Virus record (IMG/VR): IMGVR_UViG_3300005805_000109
Span: 1 to 56,212 of that record
Length of the DNA: 56,212 nucleotides
Direction: 5' to 3' (one strand)
Origin: a virus
Taxonomy: Duplodnaviria; Caudoviricetes
Shown: positions 8,667 through 17,990 of the stretch, piece by piece
How positions within the stretch are numbered: the stretch's first letter is position 1
Layout: each line of letters begins with the position of its first letter
The notes under the pieces: model-generated
What the model was told of the DNA's origin: nothing
The model's input: the letters and a program-made list of their open reading frames with translations, nothing else
Database searches by the model: none
Program-made: the position numbers and the translations under genes

Positions 8667-10565
8667 ATGTCACAGAAAAAATCATTGTTTGATAGGTTGA
8701 AAACGCTGTTTAGCACAAACGTCGTAGTGAGAAACGTCGGTGGGAAGCGACTAAAAGTAGTTGATACTGCAAGATACCAAGCAGACGGAAATCCACATAC
8801 GTCAAAAGTTATTGATAGATATGGAAGATTGCACGGCTCACGGGGAACTCCTATCTCTGTTTACAACCAATACAACTCGTTTTCTGCAACAAAGATTGAC
8901 CTTTACACAGATTATGAAGCGATGGACACAGACGCCATTATTTCATCTGCACTTGATATTTACGCAGACGAATCCACACTTAAAAACGACTTCGGTGATG
9001 TTTTAACTATTCGTTCAGATAATGATTCTATTAGAAAGATTCTTCACAATCTTTTTTACGATATTTTGAACATTGAATATAACCTGTGGCCGTGGATCCG
9101 TAATCTCTGTAAGTATGGTGATTTTTATCTTTACATGGACGTCAAAGATGAACTCGGTGTAACAAACGTTGTTCCATTTTCACCATATGAAATGCAACGA
9201 GATGAAGGCACCGACCCAGAACACATTTATATGACAAAGTTCATTTACGAAGGACCACTTGGAAAAGGAGAATTTCAGAACTATGAAATAGCTCACTTCC
9301 GTTTAATTGGTGATACTAATTTCTTACCATATGGTAAATCAATGTTGGAAGGTGCTCGTAAACTCTACAAACAGTTGGTTCTTATGGAAGATGCCATGTT
9401 GATCCATCGTATTATGCGAGCTCCTGAAAAGAGAATCTTCAAGATTGATATTGGTAATATTCCACCCGCAGAAGTCGATCAATATATGCAAAATATCATA
9501 AATCAGATGAAAAAAGTTCCAGTTGTTAATGAACAAACTGGTGACTATAATCTTCGTTTTAATATGCAAAATATGTTAGAAGATTTTTATATGCCTGTTC
9601 GTGGTGGTCAAGCTGGAACTGCAATAGAAACTTTACCGGGTCTCCAATACCAAGCAATCGAAGACGTTGAGTATCTAAAGAGTAAAATATTTGCTGCTCT
9701 TAAAGTTCCAAAAGCATATCTTGGATATGATGAATCACTTGAAGGAAAAGCAACACTTGCGGCTCTTGATATTCGTTTTGCAAGAACAATTGAAAGAATC
9801 CAACGGATTGTTACATCAGAATTGACAAAGATTGCAATTGTACACTTGTATGCACAGGGATATGAAAATGCAGAGCTTGTAAACTTTGAACTTGGATTAA
9901 CTGGTCCATCAATCGTATATGAACAAGAAAAGATTGCTCTTATGAAGGAGAAAGTAGACCTAGCATCTAACTTGATAGATAAGCGACTTTTCTCTCTTCA
10001 TTATATATACGAAAATATATTTAATCTCAGTCCAGATCAAGCCGAATTTGAAAAGAATGAGATAATCGAAGATATTAAACTTCAATTCCGTCAGAAGCAA
10101 ATTGAAAGCGAAGGAAATGATCCTGCAATTACAAAGGAATCATTTGGTACACCACATGATTTGGCTTCGATGAATTTGTTTAGGGGACGAGACCAGCAAC
10201 AACCAATTAATGACGTAGAAGTACCTGAAGGCGGTTGGCCGGGTGCTGGTAGACCAAAAGAATATGGTTCAACATACAATACAGATGCGAGCCCATTTGG
10301 CAGAGATCCAATAGGTAGAAAATCGGTCGGTAGCACATTAGATGTAAACTTATCACCACGTCATAATTATAAAGGAAAGTCACCACTTTCCCTCGAATCG
10401 AAAGATGATAGAATGACAAAAGAGATGTCTGATTTAATTCGAAGTATGGGTGGTGTAAAAGTAAAGACGAAAACAATAATCGCTGAAAGTTTAAAACCGT
10501 CATCGGAACAGATACAAGAGGATGCTCAGATGATGAATGAGAATAATTTATTAGATGAAATCTGA
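8667..10565 (+). CDS. gp20: Portal protein (T4 gp20-like)
   Basis: MEDAMLIHRIMRAPEKRIFKIDIGN, MLEDFYMPVRG and ALKVPK motifs; follows terL. Confidence 0.95.
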   Translation: MSQKKSLFDRLKTLFSTNVVVRNVGGKRLKVVDTARYQADGNPHTSKVIDRYGRLHGSRGTPISVYNQYNSFSATKIDLYTDYEAMDTDAIISSALDIYADESTLKNDFGDVLTIRSDNDSIRKILHNLFYDILNIEYNLWPWIRNLCKYGDFYLYMDVKDELGVTNVVPFSPYEMQRDEGTDPEHIYMTKFIYEGPLGKGEFQNYEIAHFRLIGDTNFLPYGKSMLEGARKLYKQLVLMEDAMLIHRIMRAPEKRIFKIDIGNIPPAEVDQYMQNIINQMKKVPVVNEQTGDYNLRFNMQNMLEDFYMPVRGGQAGTAIETLPGLQYQAIEDVEYLKSKIFAALKVPKAYLGYDESLEGKATLAALDIRFARTIERIQRIVTSELTKIAIVHLYAQGYENAELVNFELGLTGPSIVYEQEKIALMKEKVDLASNLIDKRLFSLHYIYENIFNLSPDQAEFEKNEIIEDIKLQFRQKQIESEGNDPAITKESFGTPHDLASMNLFRGRDQQQPINDVEVPEGGWPGAGRPKEYGSTYNTDASPFGRDPIGRKSVGSTLDVNLSPRHNYKGKSPLSLESKDDRMTKEMSDLIRSMGGVKVKTKTIIAESLKPSSEQIQEDAQMMNENNLLDEI

Positions 10566-10616
10566 TTTAACACCATATTTATTGTATGAAGGAAACTCAT
10601 ATTACGGGCAAAATAA

Positions 10617-11447
10617 ATGAAAAAACTTAAGCACTCAAAATTCAAAAATACTGGAATGTTGTTTGAACTTTTAACCAGACAAATAACATCCGAGATTATT
10701 GCAGGTGGCGAATCTGTAGCAACACAGATTTTGAAAAAACACTTCAATAAAAATACAGAATTGTTTAAGGAGTATGGTTTATATAAAACACTCTCCGAAG
10801 AACGATTTGGCTCTGAAACAAAGTCAAACATGTTGATTGGTGCAGTGCTTAATGCCCATAAATCGCTTAATGCCAAAAAATTAAGTGAAGAAAAATATCA
10901 GTTAATAAAATCTATTACTGAAAATTTTGATATAAATTCGTTCTTTCAAACAAAGGTACAAAACTATAAATTACTTGCATCTATTTACAAATTGTTTGAA
11001 TATAATGAATTAGATAATCCAAAAGAAATTACACGTTCAAGAATAACAATAATTGAAAACATGGTCGGTGGTTCTAAAAAAATTATGAATGAGGATTTAA
11101 ACTCCATTTCAAATGAACCAAAGGAAATTCGACTTCTTTCATATAAGATACTTGTAGAAAAGTTTAATGAAAAATATGGCACTCTTTCGGGTGATCAAAA
11201 ATCATTACTAAGAGAGTATATCGGTAATGTAAGTAATACTAACAATTTAAAGACCTTTGTTCAGTCAGAAGCAAAACGGGTTCAAATTGTATTGTCTGAA
11301 AAGATAAAAAGAGTATCTGATAAGGCGCTGAAGATTAAATTGTCTGAAGTCATTTCTCTTCTTGACCAATATGAATCACTAAAACGAATAGACGAACAAC
11401 ACGTATCTGCACTAATGCGATATTACAGTTTGATTAATGACCTATAA
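10617..11447 (+). CDS. Conserved head-module hypothetical protein
   Basis: 276-aa helical ORF starting KHSKFKNTGMLFELL, between portal and protease. Confidence 0.7.
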   Translation: MKKLKHSKFKNTGMLFELLTRQITSEIIAGGESVATQILKKHFNKNTELFKEYGLYKTLSEERFGSETKSNMLIGAVLNAHKSLNAKKLSEEKYQLIKSITENFDINSFFQTKVQNYKLLASIYKLFEYNELDNPKEITRSRITIIENMVGGSKKIMNEDLNSISNEPKEIRLLSYKILVEKFNEKYGTLSGDQKSLLREYIGNVSNTNNLKTFVQSEAKRVQIVLSEKIKRVSDKALKIKLSEVISLLDQYESLKRIDEQHVSALMRYYSLINDL

Positions 11448-11458
11448 CGGAGTAGATA

Positions 11459-11779
11459 ATGTCAGCTAACGGAGTACAACCTTATTCATATGGATCAGAC
11501 GCCAGAAACGAATTTGAAAAGAAAGGTCATCCAGGTAAATTTTATAGTGTGATACCATGCACAACTGGAACAACAACATTTACTGGATCGAATTTTGGGT
11601 TAGGTGGGATTATTGTCACACCTGGAACAACTGGAACTGCTTCATTTTCAAATGGAGGAACGATGCCACTCGCTCCGTTAACTGCCAGCAATGGTTCAGT
11701 ATTTGAATTTTCACTTTTAAATGTAAAAGTAGATTCTGGAACAGTTTATGCACTAATTCGTAATCAGATTATTAGGTGA
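11459..11779 (+). CDS. Small beta-rich putative virion protein
   Basis: G/T/S-rich 106-aa ORF with a GGAG SD. Confidence 0.6.
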   Translation: MSANGVQPYSYGSDARNEFEKKGHPGKFYSVIPCTTGTTTFTGSNFGLGGIIVTPGTTGTASFSNGGTMPLAPLTASNGSVFEFSLLNVKVDSGTVYALIRNQIIR

Positions 11780-11785
11780 TATAAC

Positions 11786-12322
11786 ATGAATGTAGAGAAA
11801 TTTATACAACAATTAAAAGAATCAGAGTCATATCAAAAGTTTAAAGACGAAATGCATGAAATGAGTACAACTGGTATGGTTGCTGGTTATGAGACTCCAA
11901 AGGCATTTTCACCAAAAAGCGGAGAATCGAAAGAAAAGTTCGATGCTCAAACAAAAGATAATGCCGAACAATTTGGATATAAAATCGCACCAAAACAAAA
12001 GAGAAAACACTCTATAAGTAAAGAAGAGTTTGCCCAACAGGAATCTTTGTACAAGCAAACGATGAAAACTTTACATGAATCTTCATATAGAGAATATCGA
12101 GGTGATAAATCAAAAACAACAAGTGAAAAAATAAATCATTCAATCAAAGAATTGAATCAATCACTTCTTCGAGTAGAACGTGCAGTTGGACATGCTCTTC
12201 GTTTAAAGACAGAAATGGCGGTAGACCAAAGAACACTTTGGAGATCATCACACAATCGTCTTGTCAAAATTGGTGAAAGATTAAATAGAATCGGTAAAAA
12301 AATAAACGAATTGGGTGCTTAA
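11786..12322 (+). CDS. Putative prohead core/internal protein
   Basis: LKE/MHE/LHE sites, MSTTG..AGYETPKAF motif, coiled-coil C-terminus. Confidence 0.55.
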   Translation: MNVEKFIQQLKESESYQKFKDEMHEMSTTGMVAGYETPKAFSPKSGESKEKFDAQTKDNAEQFGYKIAPKQKRKHSISKEEFAQQESLYKQTMKTLHESSYREYRGDKSKTTSEKINHSIKELNQSLLRVERAVGHALRLKTEMAVDQRTLWRSSHNRLVKIGERLNRIGKKINELGA

Positions 12323-12324
12323 TA

Positions 12325-12987
12325 ATGAAACAATTACTTGTAGATACAATACTTTTTTCAGTTACACCAAAGCAACTGAATGAATCCGCTGAACAAAATA
12401 ACGGAAAACTTATTGTTTCAGGTGTACTTCAACGAGCTGAGGCCAAAAATCAAAACGGTCGAGTATATCCAAAGCAAATTCTTACTCGTGAAGTAAAGAA
12501 GTATAAACAAAATCAAATTAAAGAAAATCGAGCTCTTGGAGAATTAGATCATCCCGACTCTTCTGTGATAAATTTAAAGAATGTTTGTCATAACGTTCTT
12601 GATGTCAATTGGCAAGGTGATGATTTAATTGGTAAAGTTGAAATCTTACCAACACCATCTGGTAATATTCTTAAGAATCTTCTTCAAGCTGGGATTCGTC
12701 TTGGTATTTCATCAAGAGGACTTGGTTCGGTAAAAGAAATAAATGAAAATACGGTAGAAGTTCAAGATGACTTTGAGTTGATAGGATGGGACTTTGTGTC
12801 AAATCCATCCACTCATGGTGCATTTATGTATCCTGCCGGCGGTGGTCAAGTTGTTGGCGAAGGTCTTATTAAAGAAGGTGTAGACATGAAGACCATCGCT
12901 AAAATCGACCCAAAGATTCAACGTATAAACGAAAATATAACTAAAATTATTTGTGAAATTGGTGAAGTTTGTGAATGTATATTTTGA
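12325..12987 (+). CDS. gp21: Prohead core protease (T4 gp21-like)
   Basis: NQNGRVYP, ALGELDHP, GISSRGLG and WDFVSNPS motifs. Confidence 0.95.
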   Translation: MKQLLVDTILFSVTPKQLNESAEQNNGKLIVSGVLQRAEAKNQNGRVYPKQILTREVKKYKQNQIKENRALGELDHPDSSVINLKNVCHNVLDVNWQGDDLIGKVEILPTPSGNILKNLLQAGIRLGISSRGLGSVKEINENTVEVQDDFELIGWDFVSNPSTHGAFMYPAGGGQVVGEGLIKEGVDMKTIAKIDPKIQRINENITKIICEIGEVCECIF

Positions 12988-12999
12988 TAGGAGATAATA

Positions 13000-13617
13000 A
13001 TGCCTTCAGTTAGTCAAAAACAACAGAAATTTATGGGACTTGTTCTTGCGTATAAACGAGGAGAAATTCCTGCATCAAAAGTAAGTAAGAACGTGAAGCA
13101 AGCAGCTGCTTCAATGTCTGAAAAGGAACTTGAAAAATATGCTGGAACAAAACATAAGGGTCTTCCAAAGAAAGTTCGTTCGGAATCTAAGATGCGAATT
13201 CCATTTAAAGAACTTCAAAAGATTGTAAACGAAGTTGTATCTGAAGTATTGAATGAAAACGTAAATCAGGATAAAGAACAACCACAAGAAACACCATTAA
13301 CCCCAGAAGAAAAACAACAACGTCTTGAATCAATTTCTAGATTCAATGAATATGGTAAATCCATATATCGTCATAACAATATGAAGGAAATATTCCATGA
13401 AATCAAAAAGATTGTTGAATTTGCTTCAAAAAATATTGTAGACGAATCTGGTGATTGGTTTGATAAAGTGACATTATCTCGTCACTCAAAGAAAATGCAA
13501 GAATCAATGAAAATATTTGAAAAAACAGCAACAGAGATTTCACAACTTCAACAACGACTTGAAGCCGTTTATGAAGAAATCGGTGAAACTCTTGGTAAGT
13601 ATTATAAGATTAAATAA
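13000..13617 (+). CDS. DUF3008-like N-domain fused to a helical head-associated domain
   Basis: MPSVSQKQQKFMG...SMSEKELEKYAGTKHKGLPKKV; AGGAG SD. Confidence 0.65.
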   Translation: MPSVSQKQQKFMGLVLAYKRGEIPASKVSKNVKQAAASMSEKELEKYAGTKHKGLPKKVRSESKMRIPFKELQKIVNEVVSEVLNENVNQDKEQPQETPLTPEEKQQRLESISRFNEYGKSIYRHNNMKEIFHEIKKIVEFASKNIVDESGDWFDKVTLSRHSKKMQESMKIFEKTATEISQLQQRLEAVYEEIGETLGKYYKIK

Positions 13618-13632
13618 CAAAAGGAATAAGTT

Positions 13633-13863
13633 ATGGTTGAACAAATTTATGGTCTTAGACCAAAACCGGCTCACGTAAAGGTGAAGGCGAATGGAATGAG
13701 TATCGATACAATGTTAAAGATATTCAAACGAAAGGTAAAAGAAAGCGGTATCCTTGAAGAATATAAAGCAAGAACCGAATACATTAAACCTTCAAAAAAG
13801 AAAAGTGATAAAAAGAACGCAGCTAAAAAGCGTCAACGTAAACTAGATCGAGAACAAATATAA
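13633..13863 (+). CDS. rpsU: Phage-encoded 30S ribosomal protein bS21
   Basis: IDTMLKIFKRKVKESGILEEYKARTEYIKPS aligns with the bS21 core (D.ALRRFKR.....G.L.E...RE.Y.KP); basic C-terminal helix. Confidence 0.88.
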   Translation: MVEQIYGLRPKPAHVKVKANGMSIDTMLKIFKRKVKESGILEEYKARTEYIKPSKKKSDKKNAAKKRQRKLDREQI

Positions 13864-13869
13864 TCTTAA

Positions 13870-14868
13870 ATGATAAAACTAAAAGACATACTGTTTGAAG
13901 ATGAGAAAAACGATAAAAATGATCCCAATAAAATTCTTGTTTTAAACAAGAAAACTGGGGAACGGTATTATATTGACAAACAGAATTTCGATCCTGATGT
14001 TCACGATAGAACTGATAAAGTTGTGGTTGGTAAAAAAGATAAAGAAGATGAAAAATCCGACGATAAAAAGGATTCAAAAGAAAAAGAAACGCCAACAGAA
14101 CAGAAGGTAGTAACTCCAATTAGTTTTATCGATCAGTCACATCAAGATAAAATTGCAGAAAAAATACCTCAGATACGACCAGATTTATTCAATCAATTGG
14201 TCACATATAATTTTAGTGAATGGTTTCCCGTATATGACGCCATAATTGAAAAGTCATATGCGAAGAAATCTGGTGACATGGGCGAAGTGAAAAATATTGC
14301 AACAAGGGCACACGCCGTTTCACTTGCAAAATTTATAGCCATGACAAAAAATAAACCAAATGAGTTTGCGATTACAGCCGGGAAACAATATCGAAAAAAT
14401 GCAAACAAGATAAACTCATTTTTGAGAGGAAAAACCGACGGTATATCAAAAGAAGAAATGATGGGAATTCAAAAAATTATGTCTGAATTGGATAAATTTT
14501 TCTCATCAAATGAGTCAAGATTACAATTTGATTGTCAAACCTATAAATCAATTTCAGAGGAAGTGGTTAACAAATTTGTGTCTGCCAAGAAATGGACAGA
14601 TAAATCATATGTATCGACGTCATTAAATCCTTTTATCGGTGAGTCATATGAGTCGGGTGAAAAATTCTCCGCACAGATGAGAAATCCTTTATTTCAGTTT
14701 AATTTGAAAAAAGGAGACCCGGTTCTTATGATACCATGTAGTGAAGATGTTAACTGTGCAGAGACAGATATAACATTGCCGAGAAATTGTACATTTAGAA
14801 TAACTTCATTCAGTCAAGAATCAAATATCTATATTATATCTGTGGAGTTTCCAAATGCCGCAATCTGA
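13870..14868 (+). CDS. Alt/VIP2-like ADP-ribosyltransferase with non-canonical catalytic residues
   Basis: Y....KINSFLRG, TYKS (R position), YVSTSL and ETDITLPRNCTFRI (E-x-E position); leader MIKLKDILFE. Confidence 0.75.
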   Translation: MIKLKDILFEDEKNDKNDPNKILVLNKKTGERYYIDKQNFDPDVHDRTDKVVVGKKDKEDEKSDDKKDSKEKETPTEQKVVTPISFIDQSHQDKIAEKIPQIRPDLFNQLVTYNFSEWFPVYDAIIEKSYAKKSGDMGEVKNIATRAHAVSLAKFIAMTKNKPNEFAITAGKQYRKNANKINSFLRGKTDGISKEEMMGIQKIMSELDKFFSSNESRLQFDCQTYKSISEEVVNKFVSAKKWTDKSYVSTSLNPFIGESYESGEKFSAQMRNPLFQFNLKKGDPVLMIPCSEDVNCAETDITLPRNCTFRITSFSQESNIYIISVEFPNAAI

Positions 14869-15019
14869 ATCTAATAAAAAAGTAAATAGATTAGACAGAT
14901 TCATCTATGATGAAAACGATTTATCCGAAATATTTGTTGATTCTGTTATAAACAAGATTAAAAACGAGTCAATATCACAAATATTACGAAAAAATCCTCG
15001 GTATCAAAGAAAAAAATGA
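14855..15019 (+). CDS. 54-aa ORF overlapping the ART stop (not in the ORF track)
   Basis: GGAG at 14844, ATG at 14855, TGA at 15017. Sequence MPQSESNKKVNRLDRFIYDENDLSEIFVDSVINKIKNESISQILRKNPRYQRKK. Confidence 0.6.
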   Translation: MPQSESNKKVNRLDRFIYDENDLSEIFVDSVINKIKNESISQILRKNPRYQRKK

Positions 15020-15037
15020 ATAAATCATAAATTCATC

Positions 15038-15135
15038 TATATTTATTACTATAATACTCTATCTCCTTATAGAGTCAATTTATTTTTGTGTTTAATAGGT
15101 GTTATCAATAACCCTGAAACTAGTTGGAGATTTTT
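15038..15135 (+). promoter_or_regulatory. Scaffold/capsid operon leader: TATTTAT motif, two hairpins and SD
   Basis: TATTTAT at 15040; ACTCTAT-CTCCTT-ATAGAGT at 15056-15075; AGG(T)GTTA-TCAA-TAACCCT at 15097-15115; GGAG at 15126. Confidence 0.6.
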
Positions 15136-16206
15136 ATGACAGATTTATTGAAAGAAGCAATCGCAGATGCAAAGGCAGTACGTGAAGTCGCACTTGCCAA
15201 CGCTAAGCTTGCTCTCGAAGAAGCGTTCACTCCACGTTTACAATCTATGCTCGCTTCAAAGCTTTCTGAAGAAGCCGAAGACGAAATGTCATCGGACGAA
15301 GAAATGCACGAAGGTGAAGATGAAGATATGATGGAGGAAGAGGAAGACATGGATCAATATATGGAAGAAACTTACGACGAAGAGCCAATGGAAGAAGGCG
15401 AAGACGGCGAAGAAGAAATCCATATGACGGAAGATGAGGACGAAGAAGATTTTGATGATGAGGAAGATTTCGGTGGCGAAGATGAATTTGAAGCCGAAGA
15501 AGAAACCGAAGAGCCAATGGACGAAGACCTTATGGAAATCATCCGTCAGCTTGAAGAAGAACTCGATTCATCGGACATTGGTACAGGCGATAACAAAAAG
15601 CCATCTGGTTCTGCATCAGACGACCATACTCAAATGAAGAAGGAACCTCTTGTTCAGTTGGTCGAAGAAGAAGAGGAAGAAGATGAAATGTACGAAGGTG
15701 AAGGCGAAGACGACGTTGACATTCAAGAAATCATCCGTGCTCTTCGTGAAGAAGATGAAGAAGAAATGCACGAAGAAGAGGAAGAAGAAATGCACGAAGG
15801 TGACGAAGAAGATCACGAATCGGAAGAAAAGTTGGAAGAAGCATATGCTGTTATCCAATTCCTTCGTGAAAAGCTCAACGAAGTTAATCTTCTTAATTCA
15901 AAGCTTCTGTTCTCAAACAAATTGTTCCGTTCGTATTCCTTGACGGAATCACAAAAGATGACAGTTATTGAGAATTTTGACCGAGCTGGTTCACTCCGCG
16001 AAGTCAAATTGGTTTACGCAACACTTGCCGAATCACTCAAGGGTCGTTCAATGAAGGCACCAAAGCCAACAAAGAAGTCATCCCTTAAGGAAGCATTCAA
16101 TCGCAGTGCAAGTAAGCCACAAGCAAGCACACGTCCATCGAAGAAGATTCTCACAGAATCAAATCAGGTGGCAGATAGATTTAAGAAATTAGCAGGTTTA
16201 ATTTAA
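15136..16206 (+). CDS. Prohead scaffold/core protein (gp22-like)
   Basis: Very acidic, with N-terminal LLKEAIADAKAV and C-terminal RFKKLAGL. Immediately upstream of the major capsid gene; ATG 15136 follows GGAG. Confidence 0.8.
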   Translation: MTDLLKEAIADAKAVREVALANAKLALEEAFTPRLQSMLASKLSEEAEDEMSSDEEMHEGEDEDMMEEEEDMDQYMEETYDEEPMEEGEDGEEEIHMTEDEDEEDFDDEEDFGGEDEFEAEEETEEPMDEDLMEIIRQLEEELDSSDIGTGDNKKPSGSASDDHTQMKKEPLVQLVEEEEEEDEMYEGEGEDDVDIQEIIRALREEDEEEMHEEEEEEMHEGDEEDHESEEKLEEAYAVIQFLREKLNEVNLLNSKLLFSNKLFRSYSLTESQKMTVIENFDRAGSLREVKLVYATLAESLKGRSMKAPKPTKKSSLKEAFNRSASKPQASTRPSKKILTESNQVADRFKKLAGLI

Positions 16207-16226
16207 TTTTATTTGGAGATATATAC

Positions 16227-17882
16227 ATGAGTATTCAAACACTTTTAGGTTCGACTGGAAATCAGCACCGAAACCTAATGACTGAAAACAAGGGTATCGT
16301 TCGTAAGTGGGAAAAGACAGGACTTCTCGACGGTATCAAGAATGATTATGAAAAGAACTCAATCGCAGTTCTTCTCGAAAACCAAGCAAAGCAACTTATC
16401 GACGAATCATCACGTACAGGTACAGCAGCTGGCTCAGAAGAGTGGGCTGGTGTTGCTCTCCCACTTGTTCGTCGTATCTTTTCTGAAATTGCAGCTAAGG
16501 ATTTTGTTTCTGTTCAACCGATGAACCTTCCTTCAGGTCTCGTGTTCTTCCTTGACTTCAAGTATGGAACAGCACAACCTGGCTTTACAACTGGCGCTGG
16601 TAAGGATTCACAAGCTGACTCGGTATTCGGTGTAACCGGTGCTGGTGCTAAGAATGCTGATCCTTCTGGCGGTCTTTATGGTGCCGGTCGCTTTGGCTAT
16701 TCAATCAATGAAGCCGCAACATCAGCATTGACAATTACAACATCAACAATCAATTCTACAAACGCTGCAACTGGTTCGGTTTCACACTCCACACCTTCGG
16801 CTTATCAGTTTGATACCGAATTCCAATCTGCTTACTCAGCATCACTCGTATCGGGTAACATCTTTACAATCACAGTATCATCGGCATCTCTTACAAACCA
16901 CGATCCAGAAGGCATCCGTGCTTTTGAAATTTCTGGTTCGGCTATTAAGGGATATTTCCCACAGTACACCGTTGCAAACAACAACAACTCACAAATTACG
17001 TTTGTTGTTTCCGCTTCTGCCGTTCCTGGTAACGCCGTTGTCACGTATCATAAGCAACCAACATCAACAAGCCGTGGTGATTTTGAAGATACACAATCAA
17101 CAGGTGATTCAGTAACCGCAATTAACATCCCAGAAATCAACCTTGAGCTTCGTTCAGAATCCATCGTTGCCAAGACACGTAAGTTGAAGGCAGTATGGAC
17201 ACCTGAATTCGCTCAGGACTTGAACGCTTACCACTCAATCGACGCTGAAGCAGAATTGACATCGATGCTTTCAGAGTACATTTCGCAAGAAATTGACCTT
17301 GAAATCCTTGACATGCTTATCAAGAACGCTCAGACAACAGAAAGATGGTCAGCTCGTATCGGTCGTACATATGATGCCGCAACTGGTGCATTCGGCGACT
17401 ACGCAACAAACCAAGCTGCTGCAGCTGCCTTCAACCAACAAACATGGTTCCAAACACTTGGCACCAAGATTCAGAAGGTATCGAACGTTATCCACCAGAA
17501 GACACTCCGCGGTGGTGCTAACTTCCTCGTATGTTCACCACAAGTCGCTACAATCCTTGAGTCAATGCCTGGATATGCAGTAGACGGTGAAGGTATGAAG
17601 TTCGCGATGGGCGTTCAGAAGGTTGGTCAGCTTAATGGCCGTATCACAGTTTACAAGAACCCATACATGCTTGAGAATCAAGTTCTCGTCGGTTTCCGTG
17701 GAACACAATTCCTCGAAACAGGTGCCGTGTATGCTCCGTACATCCCACTCGTGATGACTCCGTTGGTCTATGATCCAGCGAACTTCACACCACGTAAGGG
17801 TGTCATGACTCGCTACGCGAAGAAGATAGTTCGTCCAGAATTTTATGGTCTCATCCAAGTTTCCGAACTCGGTGACATCTAA
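16227..17882 (+). CDS. gp23: Major capsid protein (T4 gp23-like)
   Basis: VQPMNLPSGLVF, KTRKLKAVWTPEFAQDLNAYH, YAPYIPL and FTPRKGVMTRY motifs. Confidence 0.97.
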   Translation: MSIQTLLGSTGNQHRNLMTENKGIVRKWEKTGLLDGIKNDYEKNSIAVLLENQAKQLIDESSRTGTAAGSEEWAGVALPLVRRIFSEIAAKDFVSVQPMNLPSGLVFFLDFKYGTAQPGFTTGAGKDSQADSVFGVTGAGAKNADPSGGLYGAGRFGYSINEAATSALTITTSTINSTNAATGSVSHSTPSAYQFDTEFQSAYSASLVSGNIFTITVSSASLTNHDPEGIRAFEISGSAIKGYFPQYTVANNNNSQITFVVSASAVPGNAVVTYHKQPTSTSRGDFEDTQSTGDSVTAINIPEINLELRSESIVAKTRKLKAVWTPEFAQDLNAYHSIDAEAELTSMLSEYISQEIDLEILDMLIKNAQTTERWSARIGRTYDAATGAFGDYATNQAAAAAFNQQTWFQTLGTKIQKVSNVIHQKTLRGGANFLVCSPQVATILESMPGYAVDGEGMKFAMGVQKVGQLNGRITVYKNPYMLENQVLVGFRGTQFLETGAVYAPYIPLVMTPLVYDPANFTPRKGVMTRYAKKIVRPEFYGLIQVSELGDI

Positions 17883-17940
17883 TCTATCGAAAGATAGAAG
17901 TAATAGAAGGGGAGTGAGAAATCACTCCCCTTTTTTATTT
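17883..17940 (+). terminator. Tandem GAAA-loop hairpins; the second is a rho-independent terminator
   Basis: TCTATC-GAAA-GATAGA (17883-17898), then AAGGGGAGTGA-GAAA-TCACTCCCCTT (17907-17932) with a T tract. Confidence 0.9.
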
Positions 17941-17990
17941 CCATATAGTTTTGTATATTGTATCCATATCATGATATATAATAGTCAAAT

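Noticed and set aside
15245-16007. Several K/R-rich or F-rich alternative-frame ORFs over the scaffold gene
   Set aside because: By-products of GAA/GAT-rich low-complexity coding.
17951-17982. Sigma70 promoter for the endonuclease after the capsid terminator
   Set aside because: TATATT and TATAAT hexamers are present, but there is no correctly spaced -35, so it is too weak to call.
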